A stretch of 64,000 nucleotides of DNA from positions 30,452-94,451 of the IMG/VR virus record IMGVR_UViG_3300025898_000004. One strand, 5' to 3'. Source of the stretch: a virus. Lineage: Duplodnaviria; Heunggongvirae; Uroviricota; Caudoviricetes. The notes beneath the pieces are model-generated. The model had not been told where the DNA came from. It worked only from the letters and a program-made list of their open reading frames with translations, and searched no databases. The stretch's first letter is position 1; every line of letters begins with the position of its first letter. A program made the position numbers and the translations under genes. This document shows, in pieces, positions 25,121 through 36,200 of the stretch.

Positions 25121-26977
25121 GTGGCCCGACGTATCGCGACCGTAAGCGGCATCGCGCTCCGCCCTGGCGTCAGCCGCAACGGGCGACTGTACACAAAGGA
25201 CATGATCGCGCGGGCCGTGGCCGAAGCTCAGGCGCGGATCGCGTCCGGTGACGCGAAGTTCCGCAACATGGACGACGACATGGAAGAGTCCGACAACTAC
25301 ATGTCGCAACGCACCCACCACGCGGCTGAAGACGACTCGACCCGCATCGTGGGCCGCGTGACCTCCCTGACCCTGAACCGGGACGGGGAAGCGGAGTTCA
25401 CCGCCGACGTGGCGGACACCCCGCACGCACGAACCATTGACAGTCTCATCCGACCCAAGCAAGACCCCAACGACCCGGACGACGTGGAACCCTTCCTCAA
25501 GGGGGTCTCCATCCGTGGCGCTTGGTCCGGCAAGGTGCAAACCGTTATGCACAATGGGACTCCGGTCGAGAAAGGCGAAGACCTTCACATCTACGGCCTG
25601 GACTACACGGGAACACCCGGTGTGCCCGGAGCCGAGATCACCGGATACCGCCGCGCCGGCAACCAGGCACGAGAAGCGGACGACCGTGTCCTGATCTACG
25701 AATCCATTATGGAGGGACACGTGGAGACTGCGGAAACCACGGAGAACGCCGCCGATCACCGAGTGTCCGGGTGTGACGGCGAGTGCTGCGCTGACTGCGG
25801 AGTCAACGCGGCCAACGAATCGGTGACAGAGAAGGGCGCTCCCGCTCTGAAGTCCGGGAAGCCGGCAGCGGCACCTACCAAGGCCCCGAGTGGTTCGTAC
25901 GCGGACCCGGGATACCAGGACGACAAGGCGAAGCGATACCCGATCGACACGAAGGCGCACGCGAAAGCCGCGTGGGGCTACATCAATCAGGCCAAGCAGG
26001 CGAAGAACTACACCGCCGCACAGCTCAAGCGGATCAAGGGCCGTATCAAGGCCGCCCTGAAGAAGTTCGGGGTTGACGTCACAGACGAATCGTGGCTGAT
26101 CGACCGCTGGCAGCTGACGGAGTCCGTCACCGAGAACATGGCCTACGCCATGTTGGACGGCAACCAGGCCAGTTTTCACGTGAGCCTGGACAACGGCATG
26201 GTGTGCGTCACCGTCTCGTCCTGCTGTGTGGACCCCCATGATCTCGACGCGTTGGGTCACGCCGCGATGGAAGCCGCGTGCGCGGCACTGGAGAAGATCG
26301 ACCCGGACATGGACGGAGACATGGACGTTCCTGGCGCACCCGCCGAAGACCCGGACATGGACACCGAATCCAAGCCGGACGACGACGCCATGGAGTCCAT
26401 TGCGGACCCCAAGGTGAAGGAAACCGAAGCGGCACCGGAACCGGTTGCCGACGACAACAAGGAGGAGGCCGCAGTGAGCGAGCCAACCGCCCCGGCGTCG
26501 GAAAAGCCGGCCGCCGCGACCGAAACAACCGAGAACAGCGGCCTGGACGCCCTGTCCGCGAAGTTCGACAAGCTGACCGATGCCATCGCTGGCCTGGTGA
26601 CCAAGATGGCCGCGCCGGCCCCGGTTGCCGCGACGGAGAGCGTTGTGGAGGCCCCAGCTGCTCCGGTCGTGACGGAGACCGAAGACCAGCGTGTGGCGCG
26701 TCTGGTCGCGGAGCAGGTGGCCGCACAGCGGACCGCCATGATTCAGGAGCTGGTGGAATCGGGCTACGCGCCATCCCGCAAGGGACTGGTTGCCCCGGCC
26801 GTGCAGGAAGCGGCTTTGGGTGCCGGCGCTGGTGACGAGTACCCGGCGAACTGGCCAACCGAGAACGGTCAGCCTGTCGCGCCGCACAAGCTGACGGAGG
26901 AGCAGTTCCGTAGCATCACGCGCCCAATGCTCGAACAGGCCGTGCTGGGCAACCGTTCCATCTTCCGCCAGCAGTGA
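25121..26977 (+). CDS. capsid maturation protease fused to scaffold-like coiled-coil/acidic C-terminus
   Basis: 618 aa, GTG start with RBS 'ggaagtgagga'; N-terminal prohead protease-like region; C-terminal Ala/Glu/Asp-rich repeats; just upstream of capsid gene. Confidence 0.65.
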   Translation: MARRIATVSGIALRPGVSRNGRLYTKDMIARAVAEAQARIASGDAKFRNMDDDMEESDNYMSQRTHHAAEDDSTRIVGRVTSLTLNRDGEAEFTADVADTPHARTIDSLIRPKQDPNDPDDVEPFLKGVSIRGAWSGKVQTVMHNGTPVEKGEDLHIYGLDYTGTPGVPGAEITGYRRAGNQAREADDRVLIYESIMEGHVETAETTENAADHRVSGCDGECCADCGVNAANESVTEKGAPALKSGKPAAAPTKAPSGSYADPGYQDDKAKRYPIDTKAHAKAAWGYINQAKQAKNYTAAQLKRIKGRIKAALKKFGVDVTDESWLIDRWQLTESVTENMAYAMLDGNQASFHVSLDNGMVCVTVSSCCVDPHDLDALGHAAMEAACAALEKIDPDMDGDMDVPGAPAEDPDMDTESKPDDDAMESIADPKVKETEAAPEPVADDNKEEAAVSEPTAPASEKPAAATETTENSGLDALSAKFDKLTDAIAGLVTKMAAPAPVAATESVVEAPAAPVVTETEDQRVARLVAEQVAAQRTAMIQELVESGYAPSRKGLVAPAVQEAALGAGAGDEYPANWPTENGQPVAPHKLTEEQFRSITRPMLEQAVLGNRSIFRQQ

Positions 26978-27150
26978 GACCCACCCGCCCCGGCACTTCC
27001 CCGCCGGGGCGGGCCTTCGGGGGATCGATCCGACCGCCGCGCACGCGGTGCCGTTTCGGCAGTGATGGTCACCAACCAACCGTCCCTTGTGGACGGTTTT
27101 TTCATGCCCCCACCCCGTAATGACCATCAACTATCGAAAGTGAGGCCCCC

Positions 27151-28515
27151 GTGCCTTCTGAGCTTCGGGAGGCGTTGACCGCTGCCGGCGCGTCAGCCCT
27201 TATCCCCAAGATCATCGACCCGATGCTGTTGGAGTACCAGCGGCGCTACTCCCCTCTGGTGCGGTCGATTCCGTCCCAGAAGTGGAACAGCGACACCTAT
27301 TACTTCAACCAGCGCACCGTGAACCCGAACGGCGGGTTCGTTGTCGACGGTGGCGCGCGGGTCGTGTCGAACTCGACCTACGTACAGAACTCGTTTGGCA
27401 TCAAGCACCTTCAGGTAGTCGGCGCAATCACCGGCTACGCCCAGGAAGTGACTCGCCAGGTAATCGGGGACTTGCGAGCACGTGAAATCGAGGGGTCCAT
27501 CCGTGGCCTCTACTGGGACATTGAGACCGCTCTCCTGTGGGGAAACGCGGGCTCCACTCAGTTCGGACCGTACCCACAGTTCGATGGCCTGGACTCGCTG
27601 ATCAACACCTACAGCGGCGGAAACCAGAACGCCCAGGACAAGGCCGGCGCGACGCTGACCCTGGCACATTTGGACGAACTGATCGACATGGTGGAAACCA
27701 ACGCCGCGATGTCGGTGTTCGACTCCACATGGCAGCTGGTCATGAGCAACACCGCCGTGTCGAAGATCGCTCAGCTTCTGACCAACCAGCAGCGGTTCAT
27801 GGACCGTGTTGAGGTCGCGGCCGGTCTGATCGTGCCGACCTACCGTGACATTCCGCTGATCAAGTCGTCGTTCATGAGCACTCGTTCCATTCAGATGGGC
27901 ACGGTGACATCGGCAACGGCGACAACAGGCGGAACGCTCGCGGCGGCCACCTACTCCTACAAGGTGTCGGCGGTTGTCGCCCGCCAGGGTGAAATCGCGG
28001 CCTCGGCGGAGGTTTCCCAGGCCACCACGGGATCCACGTCGACGGTGACGCTGTCGTTCTCCACGCCTACGGGCCTGGACGGGCTTCAGCCAATCCTCTA
28101 CAAGGTGTACCGCTCGACTTCGACGGGCACGGAAACCCTTCTGGGGTACGTGGACGCGAACGTTGGTTTCCAGGCCGACGGCATCACGCCACTCCTCACA
28201 ACGTCCATTGTGGACACTGGGGCAACCCTGATCCCACAGAACGGTTCGACCCAGCCGGCCACGTTCCCAGCGACCTACCAGGGAACGAACACGAACAAGT
28301 TCCCGGCGGCCGTAGGAAACGAGAACGTCTACCTGATGTCTCGCGACTACGACAACATCTGCCGGCCGTACGTTCGCGAGCTGACACCGTTGGACGTCTA
28401 CCCGACGACAACCAGCCCAGACAGCCTGCCCTACGCCATTATTTCGGACACCGTGCTCGCCGTGCGTGGTCCGAAGTTCCTGGGTGGTCTGTACCGCGTC
28501 AACACGGCTGTGTGA
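27151..28515 (+). CDS. major capsid protein (HK97 fold)
   Basis: 454 aa; position after protease/scaffold; GTG start after 'gaaagtgagg'. Confidence 0.8.
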   Translation: MPSELREALTAAGASALIPKIIDPMLLEYQRRYSPLVRSIPSQKWNSDTYYFNQRTVNPNGGFVVDGGARVVSNSTYVQNSFGIKHLQVVGAITGYAQEVTRQVIGDLRAREIEGSIRGLYWDIETALLWGNAGSTQFGPYPQFDGLDSLINTYSGGNQNAQDKAGATLTLAHLDELIDMVETNAAMSVFDSTWQLVMSNTAVSKIAQLLTNQQRFMDRVEVAAGLIVPTYRDIPLIKSSFMSTRSIQMGTVTSATATTGGTLAAATYSYKVSAVVARQGEIAASAEVSQATTGSTSTVTLSFSTPTGLDGLQPILYKVYRSTSTGTETLLGYVDANVGFQADGITPLLTTSIVDTGATLIPQNGSTQPATFPATYQGTNTNKFPAAVGNENVYLMSRDYDNICRPYVRELTPLDVYPTTTSPDSLPYAIISDTVLAVRGPKFLGGLYRVNTAV

Positions 28516-28624
28516 TGACCCGGTGCCGGGTGGCCACCAGCAAGCCGCCCGGCACCGTGCACCCCGCCGACTATGGACTGACCTCCCCGTGTCGGCGGGG
28601 TGCGTCCACAATGGAGGTTCAAAG

Positions 28625-28888
28625 ATGTTGCTACGCAAGGAACATGCCGGTTCCGACACGTTCGGGAACGTGTGGGAGACCGACGGTGCGGTTGTCGACG
28701 TGCCAGAGGAACAGGCCCGTCAGCTGTTGCGGATCCAGGACGCTGGGTTCAGCGAAGTGGCGGAAGTCCCTGTGACGCCAAGGGTTCCGAAGGGACCGGC
28801 GCAGAAGCTGATCAGCGAGTCGCCGAAGCCACTTAAAGCCAAGAGCGTTGCCAACAAGGGAATCGACGTCTCCACCTTCACGGAGTGA
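28625..28888 (+). CDS. hypothetical protein (87 aa)
   Basis: ATG with RBS 'aatggaggttcaaag' in ORF 28466..28888. Confidence 0.45.
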   Translation: MLLRKEHAGSDTFGNVWETDGAVVDVPEEQARQLLRIQDAGFSEVAEVPVTPRVPKGPAQKLISESPKPLKAKSVANKGIDVSTFTE

Positions 28889-28891
28889 GCC

Positions 28892-29563
28892 ATGGCACTG
28901 GATTCGCCCACGCCGCTTGCCACGGCAGCGCAGATGAAACAAGGGGCGTTCGCGGACCTGGTGCGAAGCTTCACCGACGACGCCCTGAACGAGATCATGG
29001 TTGAGGCCACCCGGGCGTGCGAAACCGAGTGTCAGCGCCGCCTGGCCCCGTTCGTTGGTCACTTCGAAACCCATCGGTGCCAAGGGATCGACCCAGATGA
29101 GTACACCGACACGGCGAACTTGCCTCTGGACCTTCAGGGCGCGCTGGGCCGGTCATACGCGTACGCCATGGGCGCGTCCACGCTCGTGCGCCACTTGTGG
29201 CTGAACGAGTACGCGCCTCTCTACCCCGAGTACTGGACCTATTCGGACATCTCCCTGATGATCGTGCGGTCTTACGGCGGGTCAGAAAACCTTGTGGCCA
29301 CACAGTTTCAAGGACCCGAGGTTGACTCAGGTCATGTGTGGTTCAACCTGGGCAAGTTCATTCCTATTGGCTCCCTGGCCCGGGTGACGTACTCCGCCGG
29401 CTACAGCACGGTTCCGGCTGACCTGGTCCGCGCGTGCAAGTACATGGCCGCCTCCGTCGCGTGCCGTGAACTGGACCCGATGTTGCAATCCCAGCACGGA
29501 CACGACCCGGACAAGCTTGAGGCATTGGCCGTGTCGTGGCTGTCGCCGTACATGCGGAGCTGA
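28892..29563 (+). CDS. head-tail connector / adaptor protein
   Basis: 223 aa, position after capsid. Confidence 0.55.
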   Translation: MALDSPTPLATAAQMKQGAFADLVRSFTDDALNEIMVEATRACETECQRRLAPFVGHFETHRCQGIDPDEYTDTANLPLDLQGALGRSYAYAMGASTLVRHLWLNEYAPLYPEYWTYSDISLMIVRSYGGSENLVATQFQGPEVDSGHVWFNLGKFIPIGSLARVTYSAGYSTVPADLVRACKYMAASVACRELDPMLQSQHGHDPDKLEALAVSWLSPYMRS

Positions 29564-29565
29564 CC

Positions 29566-30096
29566 ATGGCGCGCGGTTACCCTATGTCGCCCACTGCCCG
29601 CGCCAAGCTGTCCGCCCGCATGAAAGGCCACGGGTGGGGCGGCAAGCGCCATGTCGGCGGCCACAAGGGGCACCGGATGTCCGCCGCGCAAAAAGCGAAG
29701 ATTTCCAAGGCGCTCAAGGGTAAGAAGCATCCGCACAAGGGGCACTCCCCAACCGCCGCGACCCGCGCGAAGATCGGGGCCGCGCTCCGCAAGCGCGACG
29801 CGGCACGCGGCACCCGCCGTCCGCGCGCCACAACCGGCACCCGACACCTGTCGGCAAAGTCCCTGGGCAACTTGCGCCGTCCGGCCAAGGGAGCGTTTCA
29901 CCGCTATGTCATGGCTCGTGGTCTGCGCACGCACAAGTTCCACAGTGGCACGCACAGGCTGATTTCCTCGACCACCTATCGCAGCCGAAAGTCTTTGCTG
30001 CACACCAAGGTTCGCCGCCGCCGCACGCGCATCATCATCCATCGCTACGTCCGTCATCACCGTGTGTGGCATCGCAAGAAGCGGAAGCGGAGGTGA
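29566..30096 (+). CDS. small basic protein with three NUMOD3-like motifs (xAKxSAxxKG), 176 aa
   Basis: Repeats 'SPTARAKLSARMKGHGWGGK', 'SAAQKAKISKALKGKKH', 'AATRAKIGAALRKR' read directly; NUMOD3 is the DNA-binding module of homing endonucleases (recalled). Confidence 0.5.
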   Translation: MARGYPMSPTARAKLSARMKGHGWGGKRHVGGHKGHRMSAAQKAKISKALKGKKHPHKGHSPTAATRAKIGAALRKRDAARGTRRPRATTGTRHLSAKSLGNLRRPAKGAFHRYVMARGLRTHKFHSGTHRLISSTTYRSRKSLLHTKVRRRRTRIIIHRYVRHHRVWHRKKRKRR

Positions 30097-30102
30097 GGGC
30101 GA

Positions 30103-30603
30103 ATGTCCACATCGGACGCCGTGCAACGTGAAGCGGACTGGCTGTCTTCATTCGGTGACGGACTGCCCGCGTTGCTCAAGACGAACGGCGGCCCATGGGA
30201 CCTGGTTCAGGCGTACTGGCCTCGGACGCCGAACTACAACCTGAACGGCATCTACGTCACGCGGACCAGGATCACCGATATTCGATGGTCCAACCAACGG
30301 AAGCTGCCGCGATACACGTTCCGCCTGAAGCTGTTCTGGCGTATTGGTTCCACCACAACGGGAACGATGATCGCCGAGACGGAGCAGGCCAATTTCGACG
30401 CGGCCGTGGACCTTCTGATCGATCGACTTCGGGGCACGTTGGGCGACAAGACCCACGGTGGACGGTTCCTGTCCGCCACCGAGGCACCCGGCCGGAACCC
30501 CGAGATCAACATCGATTTTGACCCGCCAGAGACCACGATGGACCGTGGTTTCCTGTCCGGCACCGCCAACTATGAGGCGGACGACTTGGAAGTCGTTATC
30601 TAA
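30103..30603 (+). CDS. head-tail joining / tail terminator-like protein
   Basis: 166 aa, position between connector and major tail genes. Confidence 0.45.
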   Translation: MSTSDAVQREADWLSSFGDGLPALLKTNGGPWDLVQAYWPRTPNYNLNGIYVTRTRITDIRWSNQRKLPRYTFRLKLFWRIGSTTTGTMIAETEQANFDAAVDLLIDRLRGTLGDKTHGGRFLSATEAPGRNPEINIDFDPPETTMDRGFLSGTANYEADDLEVVI

Positions 30604-30626
30604 CAAGGAAAAACCGGAGGCACGCG

Positions 30627-30853
30627 TGTTGCAGCGCAACGTGTCGGGCAGTCCTCTCGTCCTGCCAACGCTCGATCCGCCCGCCGAGGTGCTTCCGGGC
30701 GACACGATCGAACATCCCGAACTGTTGGCCGGGTTTGAAGAGGTCACCGACGAACAGTCCACTGAGGACGAACCGGCTCAGCCGGCGCAGGAAGACGAAG
30801 TAGAGCGGGCCGCCCCGTCGGCCACGACCGATGAGGAGGTGGACGACAAGTGA
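30627..30853 (+). CDS. small acidic protein (75 aa)
   Basis: GTG with RBS 'aaggaaaaaccggagg' in ORF 30458..30853; stop overlaps major tail start. Confidence 0.35.
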
Positions 30854-32022
30854 CCCAGCTTTCCCGCCTTGCGATTTTGGGCCTGGCAAAGGAAACCGTA
30901 GCCGGAACGTATGTGGCCCCTACTGTGTACATTCCGTTCACCAAGGCTGATTTCGAGGATGTCTACACCGAGCTTAAGGACGAGTCGTACCGCGCCAACG
31001 ACACCATGCTTCAGGGCATGTACCAAGGTCCGGTGCACGCGACGTGGGATATCTCCGTCCTGGCGTATCCGGACCTGTTGGGCCACTTCCTTCGGGGCAT
31101 CATCGGCCCGGACACGGTGACGGCCGGTGTGTCCACGACGGTCGCCACCGGTGGTTCCGCCATCGGCGCGACCACGCTGCCGTCCACCGCGTCCATTGCC
31201 GCCTTGACCTACATCCAGGTGGGCACGGGCGCGACGCTCGAATACGCGTACGTGACCGCCGTGACCGGCACTGGCCCGTACAACCTGACGGTGACCACGG
31301 TCGTCGGTCAGACAGTGGGCCTGACGAAGGCGCACAGTGCGACGGAACCGATCGTGGCCCAGTCCACGCACACGTTCAACCAGTCGGCCAACCCGTCCAC
31401 GAAGGCCACGTACTCGCTGACCGTGTACGACACGACCCAGACGGTTTCGTACTCGGGCGCGGCAATGTCGGATCTTGCCGTGAAGATCGACCCGAAGGCG
31501 TCGGTCACCCTGGACCTCAAGTACACGACGTTTCCTCAGGTTGTTCAGTCGTCCATGACTCCGACCTACACGGCGCTTCCGCCGATGCTGGGTTGGGAAT
31601 GGAACATGACCAACGCGGGAGGCGCGTCCACCCGGGGTCTTACCTACGATCTGACGGTGAAACGTGCCGTGGAACCCGTTCACTCCTCGGACGGCATCCA
31701 AGCGCCACGCGAAATCTTCCAGGGCGCGTTGGAAGTCGACGGCACGTACAAAGCGATCTTCGAGAACCAGACGGACCTGAACCTGTATCTGAACTACACC
31801 CAGACTGTCACCACCGCGTTGCTTCAGCAGCCGGCGTCCGGCACCGACGGATCGGGCGCGTCGCTCGCGCTGACCATGTCGAAGTCCGGATACTTCAAGG
31901 GAAAGCGTGATTTGGCGTCCAACTACGTCCAGGCTGATTTCAGCCTGTCGGGTATCTACAACTCGACCGACACCGGAGCCGTCGCGGTCGTGCTGAAGAA
32001 CTTCCAGTCCACCGCTTACTGA
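30850..32022 (+). CDS. major tail protein
   Basis: 390 aa Thr/Ala/Gly-rich protein preceding the chaperone pair and tape measure. Confidence 0.7.
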   Translation: MTQLSRLAILGLAKETVAGTYVAPTVYIPFTKADFEDVYTELKDESYRANDTMLQGMYQGPVHATWDISVLAYPDLLGHFLRGIIGPDTVTAGVSTTVATGGSAIGATTLPSTASIAALTYIQVGTGATLEYAYVTAVTGTGPYNLTVTTVVGQTVGLTKAHSATEPIVAQSTHTFNQSANPSTKATYSLTVYDTTQTVSYSGAAMSDLAVKIDPKASVTLDLKYTTFPQVVQSSMTPTYTALPPMLGWEWNMTNAGGASTRGLTYDLTVKRAVEPVHSSDGIQAPREIFQGALEVDGTYKAIFENQTDLNLYLNYTQTVTTALLQQPASGTDGSGASLALTMSKSGYFKGKRDLASNYVQADFSLSGIYNSTDTGAVAVVLKNFQSTAY

Positions 32023-32095
32023 TCAACAACAACCAGCGCGCATGACCGTCCACAATGGATGGTCATGCGCGCTGATGCCTTCAGGAGGTCACATA

Positions 32096-32476
32096 ATGGG
32101 ATACGCAAACCGTCTGGTGCACCTGGACTTCACCGAAGAACTGGCCGAACCCGGCGACCAGGTTTGGATCACCATCCGCAACCCGAAGCTGTTGGCGGCC
32201 GGCGAACTCCGCCCCCGCGACGTCGCCATGATGCCCGACGGGGTCACACCCGTGAACCTTGGCGATGCCGAATCGGCCATGTATGAAATGCTGGCCAAGC
32301 TGATCGTCGGCTGGCACGTGTACGACGCCTCCGATATCGCGTTGGACGAGGCCGGAAACCCTATGGAGCAAGACATTCTGCCACTCCCGGCCACTCCGGA
32401 CACCGTGGCGAAGCTCCCGGCCATCATCGTCAAGAAGATTTCCGAGGAGATCACCAACGCCGTAAACCCCCAGTAG
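32096..32476 (+). CDS. tail assembly chaperone (G)
   Basis: ATG with RBS 'ggaggtcacata'; position; followed by a -1 frame extension. Confidence 0.65.
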   Translation: MGYANRLVHLDFTEELAEPGDQVWITIRNPKLLAAGELRPRDVAMMPDGVTPVNLGDAESAMYEMLAKLIVGWHVYDASDIALDEAGNPMEQDILPLPATPDTVAKLPAIIVKKISEEITNAVNPQ

Positions 32477-32724
32477 GGCCGGGGCATCCCTACACGGAAG
32501 ACGTGCTCTGGCCCGCCGAGTCCATCTATGAGGGCACATGGGGCTCCGGGGCTCCGCCACAGGAAATGGCGGATTTCGAACTCATGTACCACATGCACTG
32601 GTCGTGGCCTGATCTGTGCGCAACCCCGCTGTACGTGAAGCGATACACGTGGGACCTGTTGCAGGCCAGGCTTTCCGCCGAACGGGAAGCCCAGGAACGG
32701 GAGACACGCAAGCATGGCCACTGA
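32096..32724 (+). CDS. tail assembly chaperone G-T fusion via programmed -1 frameshift near 32464-32470 (AAACCCC)
   Basis: Downstream ORF 32503..32724 is in the -1 frame and open back to the slip site; canonical position between major tail and tape measure. Confidence 0.55.
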
Positions 32725-33202
32725 ACTTCGATCCGGCGTGTTCTCCGCCCTGTTCGCTCGCATTGCTGTTGAGGCGCAAGGAAAAGCAGCCGCCGCGCTG
32801 GCCGTGGTCGGCACGGCGGTGGAGCGGCAAGCGAAGATCAACGCCTCCACCGGGTCACACCCGTACGGCACGCCCACACCAGCGTCACCGGGGACCGGTC
32901 CGGCCCGGATCTCCGGGACGCTGGTCCGGTCCATCACGCACACCGATCCGGCTATGGACTTCGCTGGCTGGTCCATGAAAGTCGGAACCGCAACCGGCCT
33001 GTACCCGCGCTATCGCACCATGTACGGCCGCACGTTCACCAGCAAGACACCAGCGAACAAGTACGGGCTGTACCTGGAAAAGGGAATGCTGCGCAACGGT
33101 GCCGCGTACCCGTTCATGGGTCCTGCGGTCACGTTCGCCACGCGGCACATTGCCGCGTTGGCGTACGAGAAGATTTTCGGCGCTCCGTGGAACGTGAGCT
33201 GA
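32714..33202 (+). CDS. hypothetical tail-associated protein (162 aa), possibly HK97 gp10-like
   Basis: ORF track; extra gene between chaperone and tape measure; weak similarity by recall. Confidence 0.4.
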   Translation: MATELRSGVFSALFARIAVEAQGKAAAALAVVGTAVERQAKINASTGSHPYGTPTPASPGTGPARISGTLVRSITHTDPAMDFAGWSMKVGTATGLYPRYRTMYGRTFTSKTPANKYGLYLEKGMLRNGAAYPFMGPAVTFATRHIAALAYEKIFGAPWNVS

Positions 33203-33219
33203 ACTCATAGGGGTGCGCA

Positions 33220-36200
33220 GTGGCCGAACAGATCAGCGATCTCTATGTGCTGCTCCGCGCCGACACCGGACAATTGATCGGCGGCTTCACCGAAGCGTCC
33301 GTATCCGGCGAAGAGATGGCCGCCAAGGTCGCCGCTGTCACCGCCGACGTTGAAGCCGAAATCGCACGCATGAACGCGTCGCTGATCTCGGTTGGCGCGG
33401 CATCCGACGAAATGGCGTTGCAGACCACCGCCGACTTCGAAGCCATGTCGGTCAAGACGAAGACACTGGCCCTGGACTTCGAGGCCATGGCAGCCAAGGC
33501 CGAAGCGTCCACAGTGGCCATCGGCACGGCGACCGCGAAAGCCGAAGAGGACGCCGCGAAAACGGCCGCCTCGAACGCGGCGACCATGGCGAAGGTCAGC
33601 GCGTTGGTCGGCGCGGCCGGCGCGCTGGTCATCGCCGGCACAGCGAAGATGTCAGGCGATTTCGAGTCCGCCACCCAACGCCTGGTCAGCTCCGCCGGAG
33701 AGTCCGCAGACAAGCTCCAGATGGTCCGTGACGGGCTTCTCCAGATGGCCGGACAGGTTGGAGACAGCTCCCTGGACCTCGCGCACGCCGGCTACTTCAT
33801 CGAGTCCATGGGCTACCACGCTCAGGCTGGCCTGGACGCGCTGAAGGCCGCCGCCGAGGGCGCGAAGCTGGAAAACGCGGACTTGAACACCGTGGCTAAA
33901 GGCCTGACAGCCACGATGAACGACTACGGCCCGAAAGTCGGGGACGCGGCCACGGTCATGTCCAAGCTGGTGACGGCCGTCGGTGACGCCGGCACCACGT
34001 TCGAGGACTTCACGGGCGCACTGCACAACGTGCTTCCGCTGGCGTCAGCCATGAATGTCCCGTTCAACGACATTGCAGGCGCGTTGGCGGAGATGACCGC
34101 GCATGGCATGAGTGCCGACCAGGCGTCTCAGAATCTGTCGAACGCGTTGCGGGAGATGCAAAAGCCGTCATCGGACATGACGAGTTACTTGGCGCAGATT
34201 GGAATCACAGCGTCCGATCTGACGGACAAGCTTGCCACGCGAGGGCTCACAGGCACGCTGAACGACATCAGCCAAGCGATCATGAACAAGATGGGGCCGT
34301 CCGGGAAGGTCCTGATCTCCGCGTTCAATGAGTCCAAGCAAGCCTCGCAAGACTTGCAAGTGATGCTGCAAAACATGCCGAAGTCGTTGCAGGCAACGGC
34401 AACAGCGTTCCTCAATGGACAGATCACGGTCAACGACTGGCGGCAGGCGATTAAGGCGTTGCCGACCGACCAGCAAGGCATGGCAACCCAGTTCGCCGCG
34501 CTGGCGAACAAGGCCGACGGCTTCAACAACATTTTGAAGCAAGGTGGCCCAGCCGCCCAGTCCTACAGCCAGGCCATGCAACGCGCCACGGGCAACGCCA
34601 CGTCGCTGAACGTCGCCCTGATGCTGACGGGCCAGAACACGGCGGCCACGAACAAGGCCGTTAACGACATTGCCGCATCCACAAAAGACGCGGATGGAAG
34701 CGTCAAGGGATGGGCTGACATCCAGTCTACGTTCAACCAGAAGCTGGATGAGGCGAAAGCCGCTCTCGGTGCGGTCGCGATTCAGCTGGGCGCGGTGTTC
34801 CTGCCAATTCTGTCGAAGGTTCTCGGAGCGTTGGCGGACTCGGCACATTGGCTGTCGGAGCACCCGACGTTGATCAAGGCCGTGGCTATTGCGATCGGTA
34901 TTCTCACGGTGGCCGCCTTGGCGTTCGCCGCCGCCATGGTGATTGTGAATATCGCCATGTTGCCAGAGATTGGCGTCATGCTGGCGGTCACGGCGGTGAT
35001 TCTCGCTGTTATCGCGGTGATCACCATCCTGACTATCATCGTGGTTGAGATCGTCAATCACTGGCAGCAGATTTCCGATTTCTTCGTGGATTTGTGGAAC
35101 ACGGTCAAGAATGCGTTCGAAACGGCGATCGACTGGATCGGCGACAAGATCGGCGAATTCATTGACTGGGTGAAGCAGATTCCTCAGAAGGTATGGGACG
35201 GAATCAAGGCGCTGGGAAGCAAACTGGCTGACATCGCCAAAAGCGCCTGGGACGGTTTCACCAAGTTCATTTCTGACGGAATCAACAACACTATCACGCT
35301 GCTCACCCATTTTCCCGAAAAGGCCGGATTTGCGATCGGCTACCTGATCGGAACATTGGCGAAAAAGGGCAAAGAAGCGTGGGACGCGTTCACCGGCGCT
35401 ATCGCCAACGCCTGGAACAGCACCGTGCAATGGTTCAACGACCTACCCAACAACGTGTCCAACCTGATGTCCGACGCGAAAAACTGGCTGACCGGCCCCG
35501 GAAAAAACATGGTCCTGGGCTGGCTGGACGCCATTGGCCAAAAAGCCGAGGACGTGTGGACATGGATGAAATCGGTGCCACACAAGGTCGTCAGCTTCTT
35601 TGACGACGCCGGAGATTGGCTTGTCCAAAAGGGCAAGGACATCCTCCACGGCGCGGAAGACGGCATCAACAACGGATGGGAATCCGTCAAAGCGTGGTGG
35701 AGCGCGACGTTCCCCGACGGGATCATGCGATTTTTCCGCAATGCCGGAAACTGGCTGTACCAAACCGGCCGCGACATCCTGACCGGCTTGGTGAATGGTA
35801 TCAGCTCCGCTATCGGCTGGGTCTGGGACACCGTGACCGGGTTCATCTCCAACCTGATTGCCGGCGTCAAAGCGGGATTCGACTCACACTCGCCATCCCG
35901 CGTGTTCCACGCTATCGGTGAAGACCTGATGCACGGACTCGGAAACGGAATCAGCGCCAAAGCCGGAACCGTGATCGACCTCGCCAAGAAGACGACCAGC
36001 CAAATCGTCGGCGCGGCCAACATCGGTGACATGACCATGACCGGTAACTTCACCGGCCCCAGCGGGCTCGCTACCGGAATCAACCGGGGCGGGGCCGGTG
36101 CGCAACAAGTCACCATCATCGGCCCTATCACCGTGCAAGGAAACATCCGCACCACACAGCAGTTCGTTCGCGAACTCCAACAGGAACTGCTCCGATACGG

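Noticed and set aside
25103-27130. 675-aa minus-strand ORF
   Set aside because: Antisense to the protease/scaffold gene; Arg/Gly-rich junk composition.
27193-28659. 488-aa minus-strand ORF
   Set aside because: Antisense to the major capsid gene.
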